From NCBI GenBank assembly GCA_973895155.1, contig OZ316891.1, positions 10,913,875-10,977,874 on the forward strand: a stretch of DNA of 64,000 bases, in the 5' to 3' direction. Made by a program: the position numbers and the translations under genes. The DNA comes from Marsupella aquatica. Its lineage: Eukaryota; Plantae; Marchantiophyta. Below the pieces are notes generated by a model, which worked only from the letters and a program-made list of their open reading frames with translations, was not told the origin of the DNA and did no database searches. This document shows, in pieces, positions 12,544-25,189 of the stretch (positions within the stretch are counted from its first letter, which is position 1; every line of letters starts with the position of its first letter).

Positions 12544-14543
12544 TCATTGACCATATTGCTCATCATCAAAATCTTTCAAGTTGTTGGAACAACTAGAACC
12601 AATTTCAGATCTTCCTCGGGATGGGGGAATAGCGCCAAGATAATGCTCCATCTGCCATGAAAAATCCATGGCGTCCTGGAAAGGTTTTTCCAGCTCTCTC
12701 TCAAACTTCGTCAAGATTTCTTGATACTTTTTCTGCACATTTCTCAATGCAGCACAAGGAAAAAATTCAGCTTCTGCGTGATCGATTCCACAGTGGCCAC
12801 TGCTAACAGCTGGACCATGTAGTTTACGGACTGCACAATACTCTTGACTTCCGGTTGCCTCGTTCCATCATCGAATGAGCTATTATTCAATAGTTTCCTA
12901 GTTGTCTGATGTATCCTAGCTCATCGCTAGCCAGCTAGTTTTGCCATTGTCGCAGTAAAGTTGAAACTCCGGACACACGAAATGAACTTCCATATCCTTT
13001 AAGATGCAATGTTCAGGTAACAAGTTGTGTATGGAACAGACCTAGTCGTCCAGTTATGCTAGTTTTCAAGGACATATCTCACCAAACAATTTTCAGAAAT
13101 GTGTCAATGTCTTTCGTTATCCGGCTAATGTGTGAAGGCAAAGAAGTAAAACTTACAACTTTTTCCTCTTGAGCTGGTTTTACAACAGGACTGCCTGAAG
13201 GACGCCAACTTTCCATCACTTGGCTTTGAATTTTCTCTAATCTCTCCACCTGATCTGGTGGAGCACTTGCCTGTTCATCACGAGGTCACTTTTAACGATT
13301 TTAATTGTCAAGACATATTTGCATCGGCGAGGATGTTTTCAAAATTTCAAATTGGACTGAGAGAAGAGAACTCATTCTCGAGCACGAGTTGGAGGAGAGT
13401 TTAGCTTGAAGGAAGATTTCTGTGGAGAGCAGAATGTGATATTAATCAGGAATCATTGCCTGTAGTTTTGGGTTAGATACTTTTATAAAATGACAAGTCG
13501 TTGAACATCACCTTGTGTTGATTGATGAAAGAGGTCACAAGCCGAGGATAGAAGTTGTGGGAAAGAATGGCAGCTTTCATGCAATCTAGTTCCGTTGGGG
13601 AAAGCTGTGCTGTCCGGTGACTGGTCTCTGGGTTGAGCTGCTGCTCCATAGCTTCGATAGATTGTATGGTGTCTACGGTCTGTACCTTTCTCAGTCCCTG
13701 AAGTCCTACAAGATCGTCGTCCCCTTTTGGGCTCGTCTCTAAGCTCTCAACTTTGTCCAGCAATTGCTGAAATATAGCTGTAGCCTCTTCACTGGATTCA
13801 CTTCCCGGTCGTGGTGATGAACTTATAGGTGAGGTAGATGTCACCGTTAGATGTTCATCCAAGAAGACGTTGAGCTTTGCCTTTAACTGTGTAGACTTTT
13901 CTGTCACAGAAGTCGAGGTCTCCTCTTCTCCAGCTTGCCTTTTACCTTTCCTCTCAGTTTCAACTTCCTCAGCGTGCAATCCTCTGCCTCTCTTGAGCTC
14001 CCGCTCATAGGCTAACCAAAAGTCTCGGCGCTGGTCCCTTGCCCTCTCCAAGTCTCTTTGTTCCTTCACCATGTCCATTGCTTCTTGGTAGAGTAGCAAG
14101 TGGTGCTGGCCCCTTGCCCTCTTTGAAGGACCAAGGTATGCTGAATCAGCAGCGGGCTCCTTCATACTCTTAGTAGTTTCTAGCCTTCCTTGGAGGAGCA
14201 GATCATCTAGGCCAGGTAATTCACGAGTAGGCTCAATAGAGACTTTCATAAACACGGAGTCACTGTATTGCATCTCAGTAGGTGGCTTCTGAACCTCATT
14301 CGCCAGCCTAGGCACCTTCGGAGAAATTGTTTCTTTAGGAAGAATTGCCCATTGCACCTGTTTGGGTTCATTGAAGCTAGTTTGCACCTTCTTATCCTCG
14401 GTAAAAATCGTCTGCACTGCCTGATGAGTAGCAGCCAGGGACTCTTCATCTTCCTCAGAGAACGTGGAAGGCTTTCGTCGGGCTTTGATATGCAATATCT
14501 CTTGTGAGGAAAGTTCAGAGAGCAACCAAGAACAAATTAGCAT
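12544..14543 (-). CDS. Homeodomain-less class-I KNOX (MEINOX-only) protein with an upstream BAG-like domain. Core exons ~14500-13512, 13270-13157, (uncertain small exon(s) 13050-12820), 12732-12544
   Basis: KNOX1-like MKAAILSHNFYPRLVTSFINQHK|ASAPPDQVERLEKI across a phase-0 GT-AG intron. KNOX2-like KKYQEILTKFERELEKPFQDAMDFSWQMEHYL, then a stop at 12544. No ELK or homeodomain motif was found between 12544 and the convergent KdsD gene. Confidence 0.8.
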
Positions 14544-14913
14544 TGGAAGTGGCTATTGTAGGTGGATACCTGTGACATTTGCCCGCGATTGTTCTAGTCA
14601 AAACTGACTCCTGCTGATGTAGAGGTGTCCTCAAATGCACCTCAGTTGCATTTGTGCATTCGGACATGCTTTGCAAGTCCAGAGTACAGTAAATGGGACT
14701 GATTGCGAAGTGGGAGGGACATAATGTTGCCAAGGAACAAAAAATTTGAACAAAAACTGTCAAATGACTGAGCAGAACCGTGTGCAGACACCTTTATTCA
14801 GGTTGAATTGGCATCACTTCAAATTTGAGATGTGGACGTAGTTCCAAAACTTTTCTGAAGGAATAATCTGAAATGCCTACGACCTACCGATCCTATGATG
14901 GATGTGGGGTTTG

Positions 14914-15744
14914 TTAGATGCCCTGGTAAATTCTATTGTCGTCACATCTAAGGAATGATGCTAGCATACCTGGCTTGCGTGCCATTAATCTGCTAGCCTT
15001 CCGAAAGATTTCGGTTCTCACTTGATTACAATCAGTTCCACAGGGAAGAAGCTTGCTTTCATCCCCCCATTCAGTTTGTGCATAATGTGAACTCTTGTTC
15101 CAATTGGCATCTTCGAACTCCAATGCTTTGCTCTTGCTCACTGTTTGTATTCCCTCACTTGCTAAATCGTACTGCAATCTCTTACTCTTACTCACTGATT
15201 GTCTTTCGTCCGTCGCTAAATCGTACTCCAATCTTCTACCCGTGCTCACTGATTGGAGTTCCTCCCTTGCTAAATCGTACTCCAATCTCTGACTCTTGCT
15301 CGCTGGTAGTCGTTCCTCTCCTGCTGTTGTGTACTCAAATTTCTTGCTCTCGCTACCTGGTTCTGTTCCCTCCTTGTTAGTTTCAGAATCCAGCCTTATG
15401 CTCCTGCTCACTGCTCGAGTTTCCTCCCTGTCTGTTCCATGTTCCAACCTTTCGCTCCTGCTCACTGAATGTTTTCCCTCCCTCTGTGTAGAATATCCCA
15501 ATCTCTTACTCTTGCTCTTTGGTTGTGTTTCATCTCTACCTGTAGCTCGTACCAATCTCTTGCTCCTGCTCCACGGTTGTATTTCCGCCCTGGCTTTTGC
15601 ATCCTCCAATCGTTTGCTCTTGGTCACTGGTCCCGTTTTCCCAGTGTTTTCACGCCACTTCTGTCGAAAATACTGCAGCATATGAACATCCATGCACAAA
15701 AATGAGGGCGTGGTACATACGTGGTGTCCTACCTTCCCAAACAC
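14914..15744 (-). CDS. Exon encoding ~10 copies of an 18-aa repeat (SKSKRLEY..AREE..PV), probably an upstream exon of the KNOX-like gene
   Basis: 54-bp periodicity at ~15120-15630, open frame on the minus strand, same strand as and directly upstream of the BAG/KNOX exon. Splice joins are not resolved. Confidence 0.55.
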   Translation of the reverse strand: MFGKVGHHVCTTPSFLCMDVHMLQYFRQKWRENTGKTGPVTKSKRLEDAKARAEIQPWSRSKRLVRATGRDETQPKSKSKRLGYSTQREGKHSVSRSERLEHGTDREETRAVSRSIRLDSETNKEGTEPGSESKKFEYTTAGEERLPASKSQRLEYDLAREELQSVSTGRRLEYDLATDERQSVSKSKRLQYDLASEGIQTVSKSKALEFEDANWNKSSHYAQTEWGDESKLLPCGTDCNQVRTEIFRKASRLMARKPGMLASFLRCDDNRIYQGI

Positions 15745-16972
15745 ATTTCATACGCCATGACAGAAGAACAAGCAAGGCATGTTGTGAGCTTGTCGTGTAA
15801 TCTAATGTATGCGTCACTACGAAAATTACATCATGACAAAGAGTCTGCCATGAATCGTACTAATATCAATTAGCATTCGTTGAACCTAATGTCCTGGACA
15901 GTGAGGTCACCATTGTAATCCGAATTTATTTTGGTGAAGGGATAGTGGAAGATGACATACCGCATGTTTTGGCCCAGATATGGAGATCCAAGTCTATTCT
16001 TTCGAGCATTTTCGAGTTGCTTTTCTAACGCGCATAGTGAAACAGATTGTTTCACGGTATAGGAATTCCTGACGTATTGCACGATATTGCCTTGCCTTGA
16101 GGACGTACAAGCAGGTTAGGCTCATACTCTGAGTAAAATTGCCATTGTGAATCATGTGACGTTGGAAAACCATATTGCGGAACATAATTCTCCGAGCAAT
16201 TGTTGTGTATTACGGAGGAATCGACCAAATTATTTTCTGGCCCGCATGCAGGGGAGTAGACATACCGGATGCTGGCGAAGAAATCAACGATGGCGGCAGG
16301 TGTCAATTGCGTGCGTGTGGGCTAGCTTGTATGCATGAGTCTGACATGTGGTTTATCCTCCGGACTTGATTAATTCGTTGTTTCAAACAAACGATAACCT
16401 CACTTGCCTAATTTAGTTGTGAATCTCATTAGATGAGATTTTATGGAAGACGGAGTACGATTTTATAACTAGTTCTGCGATTCATCTGAAGGACAGGAAA
16501 GCGTTTACATTGATTTTCTGGAAATGACCGTTTTATTTCTCCTTGTCTGGTCGATTCATTGTTTCTATTTGTGTTGCTGTTGTTCTTCGTCTCCTATTTT
16601 TCTATCCTAAGCAGATGAATCGGACAATTCGTCTAGGAAAAGCAGTTCTCAGGTTGTGATTGAATTGAATCAGGGACGAACCTATAAAACTTGCAAGCTA
16701 TCTACTCCTCGCTGGACAGGCGCTACAAGTCGGAATTCCTTGCAATTGATTTTGAAGGAGGTAGACAGCAAATTGAATGCAGCCATTGGGACACAGGCTT
16801 GGCTCAACCAAGCATATTTGGCCTGGAGTGGAAACGGAACAATCTTCAGATGTGTATTTATTCTATTTTGATTTATGGGCGCTAGTTTGAAGGATTCCAT
16901 TTGACGAACCCGATCAAATCATGCACTCAGTATGCGCATGGACCATGTATCGTGTACTCGTGTTTCATGTAC

Positions 16973-17344
16973 CTGTTTGACGAACGTAATCACGGGCCCC
17001 TTCTTTTGGCCTCCTTCGGGAACAAAATGTCCGTCGTGGCGCAGGAAACCGAGCTCGAACTTCTCGACGCTCTTCGCCGTGCTCTCGCTGCCTGCTGCGC
17101 TGCCTACTGCGCTGGCCACACTTCTAGTCGATGCAGTGCCATCTCGTTTCCGCTTCATCATTTGGTCTTGCAGTATGACCTTCTCCTTCCCATCTCCAAC
17201 TCCGTATCCCATCCACGGCCGAGCGATGGCCTTCGGCTTCCATGGATGGGGATGCACCGCCGGGTCATGATTGTAGCTGTGCAGGAGCTCGGCTTTGACA
17301 GCTGCTGCTTTTGGGAAGGCCACTCCCTGCAGAGACTGTTCCAT
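16973..17344 (-). CDS. Probable first coding exon (MEQSLQG...FVKQ) of the KNOX-like gene
   Basis: ATG-initiated 124-codon frame ending at a CAG|GTACAT donor. Contains an NLS-like KRKR. Linkage to the downstream exons is inferred. Confidence 0.45.
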
Positions 17345-19570
17345 GATCGATGGTACTTTCTTTGGCTGTTTGAAATCAAGCTCGCTCGCTGGTTCGTTCG
17401 CTCACGAGATTAAGATTTAGGCGACAAAGTAAATGCGAAAGCTAGAGCAGCAATTTCTCACTTGCGGGATTCGTGCGGGTTCCTTGATCGATCAGCATTT
17501 CAGGGAACCTTTTATGCGGATAGATCGAGGTTACAACATTTACAAATATACCAGTTCGCTCATCAGATTGTACTGTCTTATACAATTGTACTACGTCTGC
17601 GACAGCATGTAGCGAAAGTAGCGCAATAATTGTACTCCGTAGTAATCAATGCATCTCCCTAGTATGTTACTTAGATACAAAGCGCTTAGTGGATTTGTAG
17701 GTAACTGGGCTAGAAAGTTCAGGATACTGTTCTATCAATGGCTCTATCTCCAAATTCATAATGCATGTCAAGCTTCCAAGGTTGCAATCATTATTTGTGC
17801 AGTGTATGTATCGGTGCACGCTAAGAATGTGAGGTACCTGCGTTTACTCTCGAGAGAGTAAGTGATGCACAATGCAGGTCTAACGTTCGCCATTTGCCTG
17901 CCATAATAATACTTGCTCAAACTAATGTTCGCACAATCCGCGAAGTACTTGTAGATGTCTGATTTGCAACATTCTTCTCGAGCCTGACTTGAAATGATGA
18001 TCATCTTTGTTATTCGCATCGTGGCCAGGTGGGGCTCCTTGCCGATCGATATCGTTTGCTAACAGGAATGGTTCAAAATTTGTAGTCCGACCGTCGCTAG
18101 TTCGAATCTAAGCCAACTAGCCGGCATAGAAGGGGAGAAAGCAGCCAGAATAATGTTCACGTACTCGTCAGACGAATGTTATTCCTCTTGGATTGCCGTT
18201 ATTAAGGTTTGGCATGGCAGGGCCACAATGGATCGACCCATCGAATCCAGGAGTCCATGACAATTTCGCATCTAGTCATGCGCAATATTTTTTAAACTTG
18301 AATTCTTACCGGTGTTGCTCACTACGGAGATCCTTGACTCATGTTTGGATTCGGGCCCGTCAAAGCATTCTAAATAGGTTGAGCGCAATTCACATGATGA
18401 ATGTACGACCTGTTGATTCAATTCAATTGAAGAGAGGAACAGATCGTCGAATCCTGTACTCATGTAGCCACTGGCCAGCCTTGTCTTCAAAAAATGAGCA
18501 GGTTATCATTTGATCCGCGATCGACTAATTGTCTTGATCGGAGCTTGTGCCGTACTTGCAGTCGTCGCGAGTCGGTCGATCGCGGAAGCGTAAGTGCGGG
18601 TCTAATATTGCAATGCGCATATTAGACACCACCAGACCCCGCACCAGACCAGGACGCACGGAGAGTCTAACTCTTCGTATCTCTTTCTCTGAAAGAGATA
18701 CGAAAAGTTGGTCCATCTTTAGCGCGGCCTAAATTGCCCGCATACCACAGTACGGAGCAGTGTCGACCCCTCCCTATTCGATCCTCGCACGCGGAGGTGG
18801 CGTTGGGAGTATTGTAGGTTAGGTCCGTGAAGCAATAAAGCTCATGCATACTATAACTGCAATGATTGACCGATGAATCTGCTCGGCATTATTTCTGTAG
18901 AGTCTCGAAGGTCACTAGCATCTAGGGCCTTGGTTCAATTGACTATGTACTGCATGCGACTGGCCCAAGGAAGATCTATCCGAGCAGCCTGGGAAATACT
19001 CGAGTAGGCGGTCGAATAAGATTTGACTATCCAAATTGGTAGGATAGTCAAATCCCAGTAAAGAACCTTTTTAATGATTAGGACCTCTGCTCGTTACTCG
19101 CTTCGTCTGTTTCTCAAATTATTAGTGATGCTCTATCTGAGATCATCGTTTAATGCCCCATTCTGTGATGTCCCTGCATTCGTTTCGTTTCTTTCGAGCT
19201 CACTTGCTTTTAATTGGCTTATCAAAAGAGTCGTAAGTATCGTAGTGTGGCCGATACTTCTTTAGGTCACGGTTAGAAGGACAATCTGTCCTTCGCGTCC
19301 GTTCGTTGCTTTGTATGCCCTTGGCCTTTGTCAGCGCTGGTGGACTTATGTAAATCTTGTTCATTTTCATTTCTCAATTAGATGCAAATCACTTCTGTGT
19401 GAGACTTTTTGATCTTCCAAGGGGACCTTCGTAACCTTGAGGAGCTCTTACCTTGAATGTTACTCGAGAACTATCCTACGTCAGATGCCCCCTGATTTCT
19501 AAGGTGATCCGTCTGGGACAGAACGAGACAACACAAGGAAGGATAGATTAATACTCTGCTGGCTAGTACA

Positions 19571-22500
19571 ATGGATCACAAGAGAGGATACGGTACTTCT
19601 GTCGACCAGGGCCAAGAGTCAACGCGAGTCAAAAGGCACAAAGATCTAAGCTACTCACAGCCCAGCACCGCATTGACCTCGACCCAAAACGATGAAAACT
19701 CTGCTTTACCTGTCGCCCTGGGTAGACATAACGTACGTCACGATCATCGACCTTCTACCTTGACCTCTATTTCCTGGCTTCTACCTATCTTTCTCCGTAA
19801 ACTTCATCAACTGTCGTCTGAATCCAATTATGCCTTCTAGCAAAGAGATATTCAGTTTGAAGATTGTAGACCAATCGAATGAAAGATTGAATCCAATTAT
19901 GCCTTCCAGCAAAGAGATATCTAGTTTGAAGATTGTAGACCAATAAAAAGAGAGACTGAGCCCCCTATTCTTAACGAATTAACTTACCGAATCAAAATCA
20001 AGACGCAGTACAAAACTTTCCAACAAAATCAAACGTAGTATGATCTATTATGAACTATGAAAATGACATGAAATTGCTAGCTGAAAGATGTACTGATAGA
20101 AATATTTGAGAAACGGCATGACACTTTGCTTCTCTGTGAACTAAAATAATTAAGACAGGCCAGTGCGCGGAGAGGGAGATCTCACGTTGACATACAGAGT
20201 GAAATTTATTAACCGTGGACACCTTAATCCACTGGACAGACATTCTAAAAGTAGATAGAGTCAAGTTTAATTTTACTGTTGAGACGCAGTTAACTAAATT
20301 GGTCTCGTCAATTGCTGCGGTTCGTGACTCTCGTTTGTTCGTAACATTCAGTCCGGAGATTTCGATCAACGGGATCAAGTTCAATTGGCCAGTTTGGAAC
20401 GGCTCCGCGCGATCGCTGATAACTCAGCACAGTGCGTGGACAAGTTGTGCGGATGTAACCTTCAATCGAATATCGAGAAGAGTGTGGAGGAGATCATCTA
20501 TGAAGAATACCTTCCGGTTGTGCTCTCCCAAATCCAATCTAGGTCCGACCAGAGCTCCAGCGGGCCCCTGCTTTTGACAGACAAAAACTCAGAGATCCAG
20601 TGCGCCATTTGCCCAGATGAAAAGCACTTCAAGGTAATGACTGATTTCTAAACTCCTGCTCATCCTTAAAAATTAGAGATCACTAGACTGCAAAGCACTT
20701 GCCTTATGCCTCAGCGGCCTTTGTGACTTCGTCATCGTATGACGTTTTATTACCCTCATATCTTTAGGCGCTAACCTTAATAACGATGACTTCAAGTTCC
20801 AATCCTTCAACATTGGAGTCGTGTTTTAATACGAACATGCGTCCTCTCAAATTTTCCTTCTGACACTAAGCGGGACGATAAAGAACTACAAGATTTCCAA
20901 CTTTGCGCATTCATTCCGATTTCTAGCCAAAGGCCAAATGAACAGCACAATCGAGTTCGGTTTAGAACATTGACTGCATCCGAGTTTGAAATGACTTTGG
21001 TCACACATGCCCGTCCACAATCACCGTCCCAAGAATCTGTTCCGCGAGCAGGGATGCCGAGTTCCATTGAAAAGATGTATGGGCGAGAAGAAGGATGAGT
21101 CTTGAGCTAGGAACAAAATAATTTTCTTCCAGATGTTCTGTATGTACATGATCGATTGAGTTGCCAGAGCTAGCAAATAACCTGTAGACTAAGAGCTTGG
21201 AAGGGTTATCATCGTCCTGCAAAGATCAATAACTGTGCCAGCCTTGGGAAAATAATACCAAATGCCGATTCGGAGACACAGAGCATTAAGGCCGCTCGAA
21301 TTTGAATGACCCTGACTACTGTCCAACATGAAAACGTCGGGAGATTTTGAGATAAATATAATGGCCATTCTTGTAATTTTGGAAAGGAAAGAAATGTCAT
21401 GCGGACAGTGAGTAAGCAGCTCTGCTCGAGGCTAAGCTCGTGCTGCTTGCTGCTTTGTATAAACGTGAGCTCAGGGGTGGCAAGCGCTTCTCATCCATGC
21501 TGCGAAGTTCCAGAAAGGGAACAACCATCAGCACCGTGGATACTACCGTGCAGTCAGGGAAGCCCTTGAGAAATGCACAAATGAGGAGTTACCTCTACTC
21601 GACATCGACCCGGCGCCAACTTCTCCTAAGAACATCGCGTACAAAGATTCTAAAGGGCGGTGGCAGCAGCCAGTCGTCCTTGTGGACAAGGACAAGTTCA
21701 AGGCCCCTTCAAAAGACCCGCAATTGCAGGAAGTGCTTGCAGTCTACAGCACGGGCCCTCGGACAACAAAGAAAAAAGTGGTGGTTATTCCAGCTTCGGA
21801 AGTCGGCTACATCAACAATGAACAGCTTGGCAAACAGAGCGCGAGCCCTTCCAGTAACCAGCCAGAAGATCGTGCCCGAGTCCAGTTCATGGAGGGTAGA
21901 TGGCCTGGAGCTAAGATGTGTAAGTACGAATCGGAGAGGGAAGGAGAAGACGGGGACACCGGCTGGAATGAACATCATAGCAAGTGTTCTAATTGGAATC
22001 TTCTCTCTCGAACGCTTCAACTTGGTCGACCAGGATCACCGAGAGAGAAGTCATATCACAGCATCGAAGCCGCCGAGCAAGTCCTCAGTTCAAGGCAAGA
22101 GCTAAGATTGAACAATCCACTGGAGGAAAACCGACACATCTTTGATGAGCGTCATTTTGACAGTAAAGTTAATGCCATGGTCAAAAGGTGGAAGAATAAC
22201 TTCAAAGGCTTTGACCAAGACAAACGCGGCCCTCTCGCGTCTTCGGAACGTGAGAGAAGATACTTCATCGCAAGGGCGCCCATTAAGGTTCGTTCGAGGC
22301 TTGGACCGCGCAATCACACGAGATCAGCATTGGACTCTATCCTTATTCTCTGTACATGAATGTCTTTGTTCGCTGTTAAATTTCTTTTGTAGATTCAGTT
22401 GCTTTATCTCAAAGCATTCATTTCTTTGCTTTCCATTAGCTCTTCAAAGATCGACACTAAACTGACCTGTTCAAGGAGTTCAATTTATGAACGTGCTATT

Positions 22501-24092
22501 TGGAAGCTTTTTTGTCAAACTCGTGGTCTCCTCGCTGACATAGCAAGCTCAGAGTTAGACCTCCGAAATCACTTTTGGAGGGTTCACGCGCATTTCCGAA
22601 GCAGATGGAACTTCGTTTTGTTTCCTGGAGTGGGAACCAAATAATTATGGATCGGAGTCGGGGCCACTATGCTTCCTAACGTATGTTCAGCTGCAGGGTA
22701 TGGAGAGAGATGAGAAATTTAAAGACCAAGTCGACCAGTATGCGCTGTTGAACCCATCCTGCAGAAACCAAGTGAAGAAGCAATTGACAGTTCTTGAAGA
22801 GCAGCTCCGCAAGGACAGGCTTCTCTGGCTCCAGGTGTGTATATTGCACAATTTTCTGAGCACATCATGAACTTCGATCAAGTCTGGTCCTCGTGAATTG
22901 CCGGAAAGTTGCACCGTGCTGAGGATCTGATCCGTTACAAGACGCAGAAAACCATGAGTTGATGAGCCCAGAGTTGTAAAGTCAGAATTCCGGACAGGCC
23001 GCGTTTGCTTTTCTTCCATCCATTGTCAAAGCAAAAGTAAACATTATCCTCTGCACATTGTGGACAGGAGGTGGAAACTGTCCGACAACAGTTCCAACAC
23101 ATGGCAGATGCGGTTCATGACGAACAGTAAGCATTGGTCTACATTGCTTTTGAGTATCTGCTGTTCATGTTAGGTTAGTGGGGAAGCTCTTTCTTACCAG
23201 TCTTGTTTATTCCTGTGCTTTTGCATCGAATTGTTTACCCTTTTGCTATGAATGGGCAATAGACGCCTCAAAGATCTTGGGTGTGCCCTCTCGATCTAGC
23301 CAGGAAGCACAGCAACCGTGAACCCATTGTTCTAGATGATTGGGCTACAGGGTTGAAAGGGATGCTGCGACCATGCGTATTGAGAAACACATGGAGATAA
23401 GAATGAAGAACCTTGACGAGCAACAACGAAGGAGAAGAGAGTATTTCATGAGTAGGAAGGTCCTGAGCTTGCACAAATGCAACCGGTTGAGAGTGAGTTT
23501 GACCCAAACCTTGCCCGATCTCTTGTGCTCCGTTCTCACGAATATTGGTTCTTAGTTCGGAGTCTCGACAACGAAAACATTCAACCAATAACTTCGGACC
23601 ATATCTTGACTAAATGCTGCAATCAGGATAAAGATCTCGTTAATTATTTTAGAACACGTTGGGATCGTTGCGTTGTTCTTATTGTGAAATGGTATCTAAA
23701 TGAAAAGTTTACGGAATTACTAAAAATTAGTTTTACTGTGAAAAACAATTAAGCTGGACTTTCCTCAGTGAAGGTTGTATAATTGCATAGTGGGCATGAC
23801 TCGCAGAGAGAGGCAGACATGAAAGGGCTTATGGACATTTGGCGAGACGAGCAACGAGTCTTTGAGAGGGAATGTAAACATGCCAGATTCGAGAAGGAAA
23901 AGTTGGAAAGCCTTCACATGAAAATTCATTTCAAAGCTCGCCAAGCAAGGTATTTTCTCACTCTGGAGACCCCAAAGAATTGTCTAAAAGTTGAATATTC
24001 CATCAGCAGACGTGTTTGGACTCGAGAGATGGTCGTTCACTCGTCACAAGAACTGCAGTCCTGCTTTAATTGAGAAAATGACGAGATGCTAA
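19571..24092 (+). CDS. Divergent SGS3-like protein (zinc finger + XS-like + C-terminal coiled coil). Exons 19571-19732, 20352-20633, 21475-22287, 22697-22834, 23068-23126, 23351-23492, 23807-23949, 24059-24092
   Basis: Eight GT-AG exons join in compatible phases. The spliced CAICPDEKHFK|GWQALLIHAAKFQKGNNHQHRGYY resembles the SGS3 zinc finger (CxxC...L..HA...HR). WQQPVVLV and STGPRTTKKKVVVIPASEVGYINNEQL resemble the XS motifs WPPMVII and SYGPQGHRGMSVLIFESSAVGYLEAERL. The C-terminus is E/K/R-rich. Confidence 0.65.
19819..19945. repeat. ~69-bp tandem duplication in intron 1 of the SGS3-like gene
   Basis: TGAATCCAATTATGCCTTC.AGCAAAGAGATAT..AGTTTGAAGATTGTAGACCAAT occurs twice. Confidence 0.85.
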
Positions 24093-25189
24093 AGGCGACC
24101 ACAAGAACTCAGTGACGCCAAAGTTCAAAGTATAGAAGTTTGCCACCATGATTTGAGAGAATGTCAACCCTCGTTGGAACAGGCTCCTGCCAGCACGTTG
24201 TGTTATGAAAGTCACATATTACAACACAATCTTTCTTGACGAGCATCTTTGACCTCCATCCTGCTTGAAGTACTCAATTACAGGGTTTAAAAAAGCTGTA
24301 CTTCATGCTGAGGAAGTATCTGAATCTGCAGGAAAGTTAATTGTCCAATTTGTAAGGAGAAGTTGAGCTGGCCACTCAAATCAACTTTATTTGAGCAAGA
24401 TGAAGATGACCATGGTCAAGTTCCTTAGCACATTGCTGGAACTGCGGGACCACACTTGTGTACGTATACGTACTTTCATGCATTTGCAATGAAACCCTCA
24501 AACAGCCATTAGGAGATTTTGCTACCGAGTGTCCAGTACTATTTGCTGTTTGGTTGGTGCAATCTACCAACCTCACTTGTAACTCACGATCATCTTCTTC
24601 TCACCTTCTTGTATCGTCTGTGACAGTCCAGGAGTTGGCTCACGCCAAAGAGCATGTCAAGTAGGTGAAACAAGGATTCCTCAGTTACGTCAGGCACGTG
24701 ACTGAGATTGGTAATGGGCTAATTGAACGTTTTATGGAAACTCTTGTGATTGGTGTACAGAGAAATTTTTAAAAAGCAAACAAAGCCTTAAGTGTACAGC
24801 ATTCAGGTTCGTTCAGGTCCCAATTGAACATAACGTGACTACTTGGCCACAAGTCCAATGTGCTTGGAACCCGTTATTACTTTGGAAACTTGTTATAATT
24901 CCTTCTTTGATTGAGGCCACTGGGCAAACTACGAGCTTTTGTGCGCAGAGCATATCATCGGGACTGTTCACATGTACTGCACTAGTTTGCACAGATCCAA
25001 ATGCTAAGCCGAAGCTCTGCTGATGTAAATCTGTTGAATAAATTTGTTGTCAAATACAGAATTCTTATGGGATTGATGAATGACTAAAGGCTAATGGGTG
25101 CCTTCCAACACTAAAACCAACATCACAGTCGAGCCCGAGGAAGGCATCAAAACCTGCTCAATCAAATGTCAGCATGTCATAACCTCAAT

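Noticed and set aside
20760-21420. Open stretches within intron 2 of the SGS3-like gene
   Set aside because: Including them introduces stops or phase conflicts, while direct 20633-21475 splicing restores the zinc finger.
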